Shown piece after piece: positions 25,440-37,390 of a stretch of DNA of 64,000 bases (positions within the stretch are counted from its first letter, which is position 1; every line of letters starts with the position of its first letter). Position numbers and translations under genes: made by a program. This DNA is from Podarcis vaucheri (lineage: Eukaryota), in assembly GCA_965113315.1 (NCBI GenBank), contig OZ220371.1; one strand, 5' to 3'. A model generated the notes under the pieces. It made no database searches. It had not been told where the DNA came from and worked only from the letters and a program-made list of their open reading frames with translations.

Positions 25440-25655
25440 CTAAGAGAAGACTCCCTGGAAAAGACCCTGATGTTGGGAAAGATGGAGGGCACAAGGAGAA
25501 GGGGACAACAGATGACGAGATGGTTGTATAGTATTCTCGAAGCTACCAGCATGAGTTGGACCAAACTGCGGGAGGCAGTAGAAGGCAGGAGTGCCTGGCG
25601 TGCTCTGGTCCATGGGGTCACGAAGAGTCGGACACCACTAAACAACTAAACAACA
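25440..25655 (+). mobile_element. RTE-BovB 3' end
   Basis: ctggaaaagaccctgatgttgggaaagat...gtccatggggtcacgaagagtcggacac...aacaac. Confidence 0.8.
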
Positions 25656-26119
25656 AGATATTTTCATGATGAACTCCCAGTGTGCAGTGTTAGAAATTGG
25701 GATAGAAAAGCTAGGAGCCAAATGGCTCCTGGGACCTGGGTTGTGGGCACGAAAACAGAAAGTCTAGTTGCCATTTCTGGGGAGGGTCAGCAACACTTTT
25801 TATTTATTATTTTGTTAAGCATGAACTAATATGCAATTCACAAAAGTGACACATTGTTAATATCACACAAATTAAAAAAGTATGAACGGAAATAGTTAAT
25901 ACTTGTTTAATTTGGTGTTTACAATAAAAGTGCTGGTACCATACTTCAGTTTTCAAAACACACTACTCTTTATTGTTAAACTCCTTAACATATTGCCTAT
26001 CCTTAACATATGCTTTGAGGCTTCAAAGCACATACTGGTACATTTCAGTAATCCTTGAGTGTCAGCCAGGCGCAGAAAATGTCACCCAGACCTTTTGAGG
26101 TGCTCACAAATGGATCATT

Positions 26120-26530
26120 TTTAGGCGCGAAATGCACCTGGCGCCCTGCTAATTTCAAACCCTGCCAGTTTGGTAGGCTCTGCTTTCATTGATGGTGAGC
26201 CTCCACTCCCCATTGAGAAGAGGCAAGCACAAAAGCTGGCAAACCTTGATTTTTGCACCATGGGGAGAGAAGGCTCCAGCCTCTTTCCAGATTCAGAAGC
26301 TGAAGTCATTCTTGCCTTCATAATTTTGAGTCTAGATTACTGAAATGTTCTCAACGTAGGGCTACCCTTAATGATAGCTCAGAAGCTTCAACTAGTACAA
26401 ATGGAGCAGCCCACCTTCTGATGGGAATGGGTTAGCAAGTGTCTGTTAAACTGGGCGGGCTCCTGCTTGTATTCTGGGCACAATGCAAGGCACTGGTTAT
26501 TATTACCTTTAAAGCCATAAATAGACGGAA
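26120..26530 (+). mobile_element. Old L2 LINE fragment
   Basis: Degenerate remnants (ctagattactg...gggctaccctt...ctcagaagcttcaactagtacaaa) similar to the L2 copies at 31.5 kb and 60 kb. Confidence 0.5.
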
Positions 26531-27544
26531 CTAAGAGTTTCATTGGTTTTTACTAGTCTATTATCTGAGGTTTTCCCCATTTCCTCCCGTAAGTACTGGA
26601 AACAGCTGGCAATGTCCTGGCAACTACTTTTTCCCTGGAAAAAAGCTGATCCTGCAAGGAAACGAGATAAAATCCTTCACAATCCCGGTATTTATTTATT
26701 TTAAAATAAATTTCTTAATTTCATTTTGCAGTATATAATAAACAAGAACTGTTACAAGCGTCTTGAATGTCTTTGCATTATTCACTCATAAGAGCATTCA
26801 GAATATAATGAATGAAAGGAAAATACTTTGTCACACCATACAAATTACAACATCAGAATATACTCTAATCAAGAAGTCCTTTTGTGTTCTTCCTGTCTCA
26901 TGTAAGATAAAAACTCTTGCTATGCCATGTAAAAAGAATTCGAGTTGTCCGCATTTCATCCCGTAAGTACTGGAAACAGCTGGCAATGGCTTTGCCACTA
27001 CTTTTTCCCCTGGAAAAAAGCTGATCCTGCAAGGAAATGAGATAAAAACTTTCATAATCCCAGTATCACCCAAAGAAAACTGTATTGGCTGCCTCCATAA
27101 GAAGTCTTTGCACCTCAGAACATGGCCAGCTCTTGGTTCATGTAAGGCTTTGGCCAAGCTCATCCTGCTTTGCCAAAATTCACTTCAGAACGCATCCCAA
27201 ACACTCCTGCAACCATATATACCAAACAAGGGAAGAGCAGCAGTGATGAGCAAACTCTGCCATTATGGTTCCTCCCCAGTTCACTTTTGAAAACCTCTGC
27301 CCCAGAAGAACTGGCGGGGAAAGTCCCACATTGAAATAACAAATAGAAGAAGAGGGGAAACATGTTCCTGAGCTGAATGACAACCATTTGAGAAAGCACA
27401 GGCCATTCTTCAAAAATCTATCCAACTGTCGTTTCTTGAAATCAGAAATCTTTGCTCCTGTGGCTATTCTGGTGAACATATAAAGCAACTGATCAGATTT
27501 AATGGAGGACAAGAGGGACGTATACATTTGTCTTATCTCCATGG

Positions 27545-27898
27545 TAAAGTTAAAGGGACCCCTGACCATTAGGTCCAGTCGTGGCCGACTCTGGGGTTGC
27601 GGCGCTCATCTCGCTTTACTGGCTGAGGGAGCCGGCGTACAGCTTCTGGGTCATGTGGCCAGCATGACTAAGCCGCTTCTGGCGAAACCAGAGCAGCGCA
27701 CGGAAATGCCATTTACCTTCCTGCCGGAGCGGTACCTATTTATCTACTTGCACTTTTGACATGCTCTCGAACTGCTAGGTGGGCAGGAGCAGGGACCGAG
27801 CAACAAGAGCTCACCCTGTCGCAGGCATTCAAACTGCCAACCTTCTGATCAGCAAGTCCTAGGCACTGTGGTTTAACCGACAGCACCACCTGCGTCCC
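27545..27898 (-). mobile_element. Sauria SINE
   Basis: Full reverse copy; TSD tatc(t/c)ccatgg. Confidence 0.85.
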
Positions 27899-28425
27899 TA
27901 TCCCCATGGAAATGAGGCCCAAATGTTCAGGAATAACTAAACTGGAAGCTATTTCCCAAGGGAGCTAGCTCAGCAAGCTGCTAATGATAGAGTAATTAAT
28001 AACAACATTCTCTCACCAAATGGAGCACAAAAATAAGATGAACTCATCTCATCAAGGTCCTATGTGACAGACCTGCCCCTCCACAGTCTCCATGTAGCCG
28101 TTAACAGAGGCCAACCAGTAGGAATGCCCAACATTCCATGGAGGTTATTATTACTCTCCCTCCGGCATCAAGCACATAGGAGCTACACAAGCTTTTCCCA
28201 GCATCACAATGAGCAGTCTTTAAAATATGGCTAACATTCATCCCTCTAAAAATCTTAGCTATTATAATCACCCCATGTGAAGGACTTGGTAACTTTGTAA
28301 ACACTTGTTGCAATTGACATTGATGATTGAGCAAAAGGACTGGGTAGTAACGACCTTCTTTGCCCATCCATTTGTTTACACATGAACAGTTTATTCAAAG
28401 TTGCCTATTCATGTAGCTGATCATA

Positions 28426-28670
28426 CAGTCATACCTCGGGTTACAGACGCTTCAGTTTGCGTTTTTTTGGGTTATGGACCCGCCGAAACCCGGAAGTACT
28501 GGAACGGGTTACTTCTGGGTTTCGGCGGTCATGCATGCACAAAAGCGCTAAATCGTGCTTTGCGCATGCACATAAGTACCAATTCACAACCTGCACGTGC
28601 GCAGACGTGGTGCTGCAGGTTGCGAACGTGCCTCTCGCACGGATCACGTTCGCAGCCTGAGCATCCACTG
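28426..28670. mobile_element. Tc1/mariner (Tigger-like) MITE
   Basis: TA|cagtcatacctcgg...gagcatccactg|TA. Confidence 0.7.
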
Positions 28671-29081
28671 TATACATCATTGTCTGAAGTTCATTAGAAC
28701 ATACTTCCAGGTAAGTGTATGTAGAATTGCAAACCCAAAGTGGGTGCATTTATTTATTATTTAGTACTAACTCCAGAACTGCTCAAGACTTAGCACTTCT
28801 CCCCAGAAGTTCAGCATGGCTGATCAGCCAGAAGGAAAAGGAAAATGCTTTTAATATTTATTCTACTTATTATACAAGTGATGCTGATTCTTTCTTTTTT
28901 TGCCAGCTTAAGAGAATGTTAGTTGGTATCCACTTGTCTCAGGAGACAATGGAAGACTGTGCTTTTGGAGGTAAAGACAAACCATTGGAGAGTTATAGCA
29001 CATGGTGTGTCTCTAGACCAGTATGGGAAAGACTTGTTTTGGATGCAGTTAGGGCAGATGAAGGTGTCTGGTTGTGCTGGT

Positions 29082-29604
29082 CATAGGCGCCGACTCCATG
29101 GGGCCTGAGGGGGCTCGAGCCCCCTCAAAAAAATTTTTGGGGGGGCTCAGCCCCCCCAATAATCTTGGGCGCCCTTCCAGCAGAGCGCCGCCGCCGTCCC
29201 CCGCCTCCTCCCCACCTGCTCCCTCGCCAGCCAGCCAGCCAGCCGCGCGCCCTAGTCGGAGAGCCCCGGCCGTCCCCCGCGAGATTAGGGAATCCCGAGG
29301 GGGCGGGGGCTCCTGCCTCGCTGCTTCGCAGCACCACCGCCACTGCCAAGGCACTGCCGGGGGAAATTTCCTTCCTCCTGGCGGTTTCAGCGGTTTAGGG
29401 CCGGAGCGGAGGGGGCTCGCCCTCTCTTCTCCGGCTAGCCCCACGTTTCCCGCATATCAGCTGTTCCGGAGCTGATTAATAGGCGCAGCACGCTCTCCCC
29501 TATTCGCTCACGAGGAGGCGGTGCCACTTTATTTGCATATTCATGAGCTTATTTATTATTCATGAGCTTTCCCCCCCAATATTTTTTATAAGTCCACGTC
29601 CCTG
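29082..29604. mobile_element. hAT-like non-autonomous element, CpG-rich
   Basis: 8-bp TSD GTGCTGGT at 29074-29081 and 29605-29612; imperfect termini cataggcg...cgtccctg. Confidence 0.7.
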
Positions 29605-30699
29605 GTGCTGGTGCACGTGTACCATGTAGCCTCTGTCATAGTGTTTTTTGGACAAATTGCTGTCATTTCCTGCCTTCATGAATACTGGTCCATAGGAAGC
29701 ACCTCAATCTTGCTTTGCAGCATGGTTGCATTCTTTTATAAGAAAACTGTGGGATAACTAGCCTCATATAACCTGCATGCTTAAGTCTAATCAATGCACT
29801 AAAGTATTAAAATCACAGAATAAGCTGTCACCCGCTAGGCTTTTCTCACCTTGGGAGGGACTAAGTAATCAAGCCTTTGTTCACCTTCAGGCTACCAGAG
29901 AAGTTCAAAGTGTGCAAAGGTTTTGAGCTGGTTGCTACAGCTCAGACTGCATGGCTCTCACAAGCCATTATTGTGTTCCTATACTAATAATTTAGGAACT
30001 TCCACTATTGCAACTAAATCAGGTTTTACGGCCTGTGCAACATTTTCTGACTGCTGTATGGAAAAGCATATGAACTTGGTCTTTGGAGTTTATAAATAAA
30101 ACATTATTACCTTACTTTTTTTCTAAGCTAGGGGAAAAGGGAAACTTTAGAAGGAATTTAGAAGGGCATATTTTAAAGGTCTAACAGCTTATACTTCCTT
30201 GCTTTGCTGCACATTCTGCGATTTAAAATCTGTCCTGGGGTTCTTGCACCAAAGAGTACTGTACTTGCCCAAACTGGATCTTGACATCTAGGAATTCTCC
30301 TGTTTACATACCATTTTTTTCCTTGCCACCAACAAAAACAATAATAAGCAATAATTGCACCTCACTGCTGCTTCCCATAAAACACCCTCATATTCCCAGC
30401 CTTGCCCAAGGTGGGGGGGAATGAAGCAAGGGACAGAGTCAGGCAAAAGCTGGAGATTCAATAGCAATTACTGTACTGTTAAGCTTTTCTCTCTCTTTGT
30501 TGTTATAGGAAAACCATATATGAAAGGGCTGGTGCTGTGCAGTTTTTATTGTAGTTACTGGTATGTTTTAAACAGATTTTATACGTGTATCTGGTTTTAA
30601 TTCTATCAGTGTTTAGGGTTTTTTATTTTTGGTTTTTCTACGTTTTTAGCAGCTCTTTAGCAGAGAAAAAGCTGGGGTATGAATATAATAATAGTAACA

Positions 30700-31340
30700 G
30701 TAGCACCACCACCACCAGCTGCGCCTTTCTGGGGCTCCTGGCCCCGGGGCGAGTTCGCGCAGGACTAGCGCCTTAACTGAAAGCGCCGTTGAGACGCCGA
30801 GCTTACGTCACCTTCGGCAGCGCCGCCTCGCTCGCTCGCTCGCTCCCGGCCGGGAATCTCCTCCTCGGGCTTCGCCGCTCGGCTCCGGGGCGGGAGAGGG
30901 ACCCCGTTCCTGGCTCCGGGGCGCCTGCCGGGGCGCGCGTCTTTGGCAAGCGCCGCCTGCCTCTTCGCCCCTCGCCCGGCTCCGCCGCCGCCGCCTTTTC
31001 CTTCGTCCGTCCCGGTTGTTTGAATTTGGCGCCCGGAGAGCTCGGTCCGCGTCACGTGACGCGCCGGGACCAATCGGCATCGGGGCAGAAGAAGAGCGGA
31101 GAACGTCAGGGTGCCTAGAGCGGGGGCGGGGCTTCGGCGGGCTGTGGGCGGAGACAAGGCCGCGCTCCGGAGCGGGGGCTTCGGCGGGATCCCTCCGAGA
31201 TCGCGGTGCGTCTGGCGGCGCTGCCCCCAAGCGGGGGGGCGGCCCTCGGGGAGGGGGCCGCGGCAGGACCCTCTAAGGAGGCTGCGGGCCACATGCTCAG
31301 CCGAAACAAGGAAAGGGGCCGGGAGAGATCAGGGGGTTTG
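30700..31340. promoter_or_regulatory. CpG-island bidirectional promoter of FOXM1 and RHNO1
   Basis: Very GC/CpG-rich and lies between the divergent genes. CHR TTTGAA (31019-31024) abuts an E2F-type TTTGGCGC (31025-31032); palindromic E-box GTCACGTGAC (31051-31060); CCAAT (31070-31074); GC boxes at about 31122-31150. Confidence 0.85.
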
Positions 31341-31347
31341 GGCTGGG

Positions 31348-32438
31348 TGGCCATCAATATACGCAGTGGCGTAGCGGGGGGGGTGCAGGGGGGGCGGGCT
31401 GCACCGGGCGCAACATCTGGGGGTTAGGATTAGGGGGCGCAAATCCACGGGTTAGGGGGCGCAAATTACTTGCCTTGCCCCGGGTGCTGACAACCCACGC
31501 TACGCCACTGAATATACGGATGGTACCCAGCTCTACCTCTCTTTCAAATCAGAACCAGTGAAGGTGGTGAAGGTCCTATGTGAGTGCCTGGAGGCAGTTG
31601 GAGGATGGATGGTGGCAACCAGATTGAGGTTGAATCCTGACAAGACAGAAGTTCTGTTCTTGGGGGACAGGGGGCGGGCTGGTGTGGAGGACTCCCTGGT
31701 CCTGAATGGGGTAACTGCCCCTGAAGGACCAGGTGCGCAGCCTGGGAGTCATTTTGGACTCACAGCTGTCCATGGAGGCGCAGGTCAATTCTGTATCCAG
31801 GGCAGCTGTTTACCAGCTCCATCTGGTACGCAGGCTGAGACCCTATCTGACCACGGACTGTCTTGCCAGAGTGGTGCATGCTCTGGTTATCTCCCGCTTG
31901 GACTACTGCAGTGCGCTCTGTGTGGGGCTACCTTTGAAGGTGACACGGAAACTGCAATTAATCCAGAATGCAGCAGCTAGACTGGTGACTGGGAGCGGGC
32001 GCCGAGACCATATAACACTGGTCTTGAAAGACTTAAATTGGCTCCCAGTACGTTTCCGAGCACAATTTAAGGTGTTGGTGCTGACCTTTAAAGCCCTAAA
32101 CGGCCTTGGTCCTGTATACCTGAAGGAGTGTCTCCACCCCCATCATTCTGCCCGTACACTGAGGTCCAGTGCCGAGGGCCTTCTGGCGGTTCCCTCATTG
32201 CGAAAAGCAAAGCTACAGGGAACCAGGCAGAGAGCTTTCTTGGTGGTGGTGCCCACCCTGTGGAATGCCCTCCCATCAGATGTCAAAGAGAAAAATAACT
32301 ACCAGACTTTTAGAAGACATCTGAAGGCAGCCCTGTTTAGGGAAGCTTTTAATGTTTAATAGGTTATTGTATTTTAGTGTTTTGTTGGAAGCCGCTGACT
32401 GGGGGGACTCAGCCAGATGGGTGGGGTATAAATAATAA

Positions 32439-32440
<2 letters not shown>
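31348..32440 (+). mobile_element. L2 LINE 3' fragment
   Basis: RT C-terminus (TQLY, LRLNPDKTEVL, SLGVILDSQLSM, SRLDYC, LxWLPVRFR) with a frameshift; followed by a (TTA)n tail. Confidence 0.85.
31364..31510. mobile_element. hAT-type MITE
   Basis: TIR cagtggcgtagc/gctacgccactg; 8-bp TSD AATATACG. Same family as 58455-58600. Confidence 0.85.
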
Positions 32441-32470
<30 letters not shown>

Positions 32471-32563
32471 CATCATCAGCAGGGCTGCCAGGGAACCGAG
32501 GGGGGCAGATGGCTTGGAGAGGAGCCCCCCTCGGTTTCTTTTTAAAAAGTTAAGAATCGGGAG

Positions 32564-32653
32564 CATAGCTGTCAACTTTTCCCTTTTTTAAAGGGAAATT
32601 CCCTTATTCCGAATAGGATTCCTCGCAAGAAAAGGGAAAAGTTGACAGCTATG
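32564..32653. mobile_element. Short MITE
   Basis: TIR catagctgtcaacttttcc / ggaaaagttgacagctatg; near-perfect 8-bp TSD a(t/c)cgggag. Confidence 0.7.
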
Positions 32654-32904
32654 ACCGGGAGCATCAGAAGGCAACCAAGGGAGGGGTGTCCACCATATTA
32701 AAGATAAATTCATTTTTGTGGAGATCGTTGTGCTTGAGCTAGAATGCAAGAAGATTTCAAGCAAACAATTGATGGCAGAAGCGCACTGTTTTTCTCTCTG
32801 CAGGTCTACAAGCAGATTGTCCCACTCGTAAGGAGTGCCATTCGGTTTTTCCCCGCTGACATTGGGGGACACCATGAAGCTGAACATTTTATTCGAAGCT
32901 GTTG

Positions 32905-33069
32905 ATGCCTCCAAAGAGGAGGCGTCTGAGCAAAGGATGGAAAGGAGAGCTCTTGTTCACTGAGGCCCCCAAAGAGGGGCTTGTGTACCCCTATGGGACG
33001 CCACTTCATCCAGGGAGCAGTCCAAGATGTGTACCCACCAAACCAGTAAATCAGATTGGGAGTACTTGG
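32905..33069 (+). CDS. RHNO1: RHNO1 first coding exon
   Basis: MPPKRRR...LLFTEAPKEG...RCVPTKPV...TW|gtatgg matches the RHINO N-terminus; head-to-head with FOXM1. Confidence 0.88.
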
Positions 33070-34151
33070 GTATGGTCTTCTTGTCTTTTCCTTTATATTG
33101 TGGGGATGTACTGTTAATGCACAACTGCAGCGCTTGCTTGGTGTCCTCACTGTTTTCTGTGCTCTATGTTCAAAAGCTCACTATCCTGCCCTTGCCTTGC
33201 AAAATAAGACCACAAGTTATTCTTCTTCTTTTTTTTAAAGCTTGCCTGCCCATATTTCCTTGGAAAACCCAGCTCTTGTTAATTATTCTTATCTCTCTTT
33301 ACCTGTACAACTATCGCTTTAGATTATTTTGGCCTACAAAATAGTTTAAAACTGTTCATACCCCCAAATTCTCTTTCAGTCCTGGAGACAGTTATTTCAG
33401 TGGAATTCTGTTTTTTTATGGTGCTGTGGGACACTGATTTTGTAACTGTCTTTCTGGAAATTGCCAACAGAAGACAAGGAAGAGCTCAGCTTGCAGCTAT
33501 GAAACCATTACGGTGCTTATTTTGCTCATAATTCTGGCAGTTTGGTGCCTTACTTCTCTTCATGAGAGGGAAATAATAAATAAAATAATAAGGTAACAAT
33601 TGCATGCACATTTACTTGGATGTAACCTCTTGAACCCAGTGAGTCGTACTTTTGAGAAAATACGCATAGGATAACTGTAAATCACATGCATGAGATTTGG
33701 TTTTGTTTTTTAAAATCTGGATATTTAGAAAATGAATATAAATACAATATAATGTTTGCACAACCCTTTCTAGCAATTTCCAAAGAGGGTTTGGCTATCA
33801 ATGAGAAAATGGTATCGGTCATCGGAGCTGATAAGCCAATCCCTACCTCTGCCCACTTATTAATGGCTCCACTCTTGTACTTCCATCTTGTGACTGAGTA
33901 ATTCTTAGTCTTCTTACATGGGCCCTGGGGGTAGAAGGTTTCGAAACCCTTGATTTAGAATATGCATAGCAAAGGGTTAAATGAAGCATTTATCCATCAT
34001 CTGCTAATTTCTTACACTGCCTTCAACTGTAATATGGGGATAATACAGACTTCTGTTGCAGAACTATTGCAAAGATTACTAAGAGTGTACATTAAGGTAT
34101 TTGAAATAGGGATGCTTGTGTTAGCTTATTATTATTGCTTATTTTTCTCAG

Positions 34152-34823
34152 ATAATTCCACAGTTTGAGAGTGCCAGATCACTGGGTCTCCAGAGGTGGT
34201 GCCACGGTTCCCCAAACGTGAAAATAAAGGATACCAACCATGCCATCCCTGTGGTGGCAGGAAGGCGTTGGAGGCCTGCAGCCTACAAGTTTTCTCCACT
34301 AATGTTTGAGAATGCAAAAACAGAATCCTGTGCTGTGGGGACTTCACAACACCCTTTGGACTTTGGTGGACAAGCAGGAAACTTTGAGACATGCTGTAAC
34401 CAGCCAAGGGCTCTTTCTACTCCAGCTTCCGTCAGCCCTACAAGCAATTCTAGGGCTGGGATGGAAAATCTTTGTCCCTGCCCCTTATCTCCTTATGCTG
34501 ACCCAGTTGCATTCAGCCCCCCAGAGAGATGCACTCCAGAACAGCCCTCCGTTGAGGCCCATAATTATTGTCTGCCCCAAATGGATAGCTTTACTCCTGG
34601 CCCATTTAGTAATCAAGTTGGTGAGGATATTTCTAATGACTTTGAGGCTACATCTGTGCTGGTCAAGGACACTCCTGAGGACGAATATGGAGTTAAGGTA
34701 ACATGGCGGAGTCGATCTCTCTTAATGAAATACCTCAGAGAAAAAGGAATGCTGAGCACCAGGGACGTCTTAGTGAAGACACAAATGAGTCCAGTGCTTA
34801 GTGGGGCTGAAGATAGCCAATAG
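34152..34823 (+). CDS. RHNO1: RHNO1 second coding exon
   Basis: ttctcag|ATAATTCCACAGTTT completes W-IIPQF. Also KFSPLMFE and VLVKDTPEDEYGVKVTWR...YLREKGML. TAG at 34823; about 278 aa in total. Confidence 0.9.
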   Translation: MIPQFESARSLGLQRWCHGSPNVKIKDTNHAIPVVAGRRWRPAAYKFSPLMFENAKTESCAVGTSQHPLDFGGQAGNFETCCNQPRALSTPASVSPTSNSRAGMENLCPCPLSPYADPVAFSPPERCTPEQPSVEAHNYCLPQMDSFTPGPFSNQVGEDISNDFEATSVLVKDTPEDEYGVKVTWRSRSLLMKYLREKGMLSTRDVLVKTQMSPVLSGAEDSQ

Positions 34824-35990
34824 TTTTGAAAGATCGATCTCTATTTGTGGTGTGTTCATCCAGTCCAAACAGATTTTGCAGGTTTTTATAGTTTAAAAAA
34901 TGCAAACGTGTTTGCCTAGAAGTGACAGCCGGATACCAAAAGCAGCAATGCCTCTGTCAAAAACTGCTTTCAGTACTTCTAAACCTGGAGTGGAAAAATA
35001 GATTGAACAAAAGGTTTTTGTGTATGATAAACTGTCTAAATAATTTGAGAAGGTGGTATACTTGCAAGATAAAGCACAGGGGCATTTTATAAATCAATCA
35101 AACCAAAAAGGTCTGGTGTTTCTGGAAAGACATTCCTTATCGTACCTCCCCTAGTTTAAATGAATACAGTACCAAGTTATTTCTGTATTCCATGACTTCA
35201 CTAATGATCTCTGCCATGACTTCAGTATGGAGACAGCCAGCAGTGTTGTACAGTCTTTACTGCCTCTATTATGCTTCATGTAGGAAATTACCCTGATTTA
35301 CTTACAGCAGTGCTGGAAGGAATTACTTGTTCATGCTTTTGTGCCTTTGCTGCTCTTGGAAAGAGGGAGGGCATGGGGGAAATGCCTCTTTATATTTTTC
35401 ATTAGACCAGTCAACACAGACATGTTTTGGGTTATCTCATTCTTTGTATATATTCACAGAGGATGCTTCATGCAGATTTTCTCTATAAAAGCTATTTCAT
35501 TTTATGATTAATTGCTTCATCCTTCAGCAAAATTAGTCTGTGGGACAATATGGTGTAAAACAACATAGCTTTTGGTTCTGGAGGACATGAGTTTGCATGA
35601 GTTGTGGGAGCCCAGGCACCTTTTATTTATTCAGTCGGGGGCAGGCGGGCAAGGAGTCAATATGAACTTAAAACATGGAACCCCATCCCACATATTTACC
35701 ACTCCCTATAACATCGTACAAAGCTTAGTGATTATTTTGTGTGTTTTTAAAAAATACCCTAATAAAAGCATTGTCCTGTCAGTGTGGTTATTAAAAAATG
35801 CAGTGACAAACATTTTATTAATAAAGCAGTTTGCTTTACAACTTAATTTTTGTGGCCCTTTAAATCACAAAATCCTAAATTATTTCCTCAGGCCAAGTGT
35901 TCGGCATTCTGCTTTATGGTGGTGAGTCATCAGTAACTTACATTCACCAGAAGCAACAGCTAAGTGCCTTCCACATGCACTGCATCAGGA

Positions 35991-36515
35991 AGCACCTTAG
36001 AGACCAACTAAGTTTTTTTATTGGTATGAGCTTTCGTATCTGAAGAAGTGTGCATGCACACAAAAGTTCAATAACAAACTTAGTTGGTCTCTAAGGTGCA
36101 GGTGGCACTGTGGGTTAAACCACAGAGCCTAGGACTTGCCGATCAGAAGGTCAGCAGTTCGAATCCTCGGGACGGGGTGAGCTCCCATTGCTCGGTCCCT
36201 GCTCCTGCCAACCTAGCAGTTTAAAAGCACATCAAAGTGCAAGTAGATAAATAGGTACCATTCCGGCGGGAAGGTAAATGGCGTTTCCGTGTGCTGCTCT
36301 GGTTCGCCAGAAGCGGCTTAGTCATGCTGGTCGCATGACCTGGAAGCTGTACGCCGGCTCCCTCGGCCAATAAAGAGAGATGAGTGCCGCAACCCCAGAG
36401 TCGGCCACGACTGGACCTAATGGTCAGGGGTCCCTATACCTTTTTAAGGTGCTACTGGAAGGAATTTTTTTTATTTTGTTTCGACTACAGCAGACCAACA
36501 AGGCTACCTACCTGC
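35991..36515. mobile_element. Penelope-like remnant with inversion, interrupted by a SINE
   Basis: Inverted arms joined inside the hammerhead motif (gtatgagctttcg|tatctgaagaag); ends ...cagaccaacaaggctacctacctg. Confidence 0.65.
36100..36444 (+). mobile_element. Sauria SINE nested in the Penelope-like element
   Basis: Full SINE with TSD taaggtgc on both sides. Confidence 0.85.
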
Positions 36516-36539
36516 ATCAGGAAGATTTGGGGCACCACA

Positions 36540-36830
36540 TGGTAGGATAGAGTCTCAAAGAAAGATGTGCTCTCCTGAGCCCAGATTCCCAGTATGTTCT
36601 CACTTCTGTCTCAGCAATGTCTATCCTGGCTGGGTCATGTCTACAGAATAGAAGATGGCAGGATCCTGAAGGATGTGCTCTATGGGGAGCTGGTTTCATG
36701 CACCAGGCCCGTTGGCAGATCAACTCGGTGTTACAAAGATGTCTGCAAACGTGACATGAAGGCTGGCAACATTCACCTTGCCATGACGGAATCCCTTGCA
36801 GACAATTGTAGTTCCTGGAGGCAGCCAGCT
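36540..36830 (+). mobile_element. RTE LINE 3' fragment
   Basis: WLGHVYRIEDGRILKDVLYGEL...GR...RCYKDVCKRDMK. Confidence 0.7.
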
Positions 36831-37158
36831 AAGGTTATTGGCAGAATTAAGAAGACATCTACTGAATCCTCAAACTTGCCTTTAGCAATAGAAGGTTGCC
36901 CCACATTAGTTTGAAGGAGTGGCTTTAAGAAGGTGTAGTTTGAGGAAGTGGAGGCGCCCAAGGGCCCCCAGAAACCAAGAGCTGGCCACAAATTTTGTGT
37001 AAATCAAATTTGACGTATGTGGGTTCATATTTTGTAAATAATTAACTTGGGGAGGGTAATGTAGAAAATCCTAGGTACAATCCCTGATGTTGCCAGTTAG
37101 AGGTGGGGATGAATCCTGCCTGAAACCCCAGGGAGCCACTGCCTTTTAGTGTCAATTA

Positions 37159-37390
37159 CAGTTGTGCCTTTGTTTTCGAACAGCTTAGTTCATGAACAAC
37201 ATGGAATTTGAACACCGCAAACCTGGAAGGAGGTGTTCCAGTTTGCAAATTTTGTCTCGGAAGCTGAACGTCCAGCACGGCTTCCGCAGCTTCCATTTGG
37301 CTGCAGAAAGCTCCTGCGGCCAATTGGAAGCCGTGCCTTGGTTTCCGAACATTTCTGAATGCATTCTGTTAGAAAACCAAGGTATGACTG
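37159..37390. mobile_element. Tc1/mariner MITE
   Basis: TA|cagttgtgcctttg...ccaaggtatgactg|TA. Confidence 0.65.

Noticed and set aside
29049-29475. GC-rich ORFs of 74-133 aa
   Set aside because: They lie within a TSD-bounded non-autonomous element and show no protein motif.
30765-31427. Several overlapping Arg/Gly/Pro-rich ORFs
   Set aside because: Expected artefact of a CpG island lacking stop codons.
31420-31456. gggttagg telomere-like motifs (also about 58510-58545 and 48900-48950)
   Set aside because: Only a few degenerate units, mostly inside a MITE; not an interstitial telomere array.
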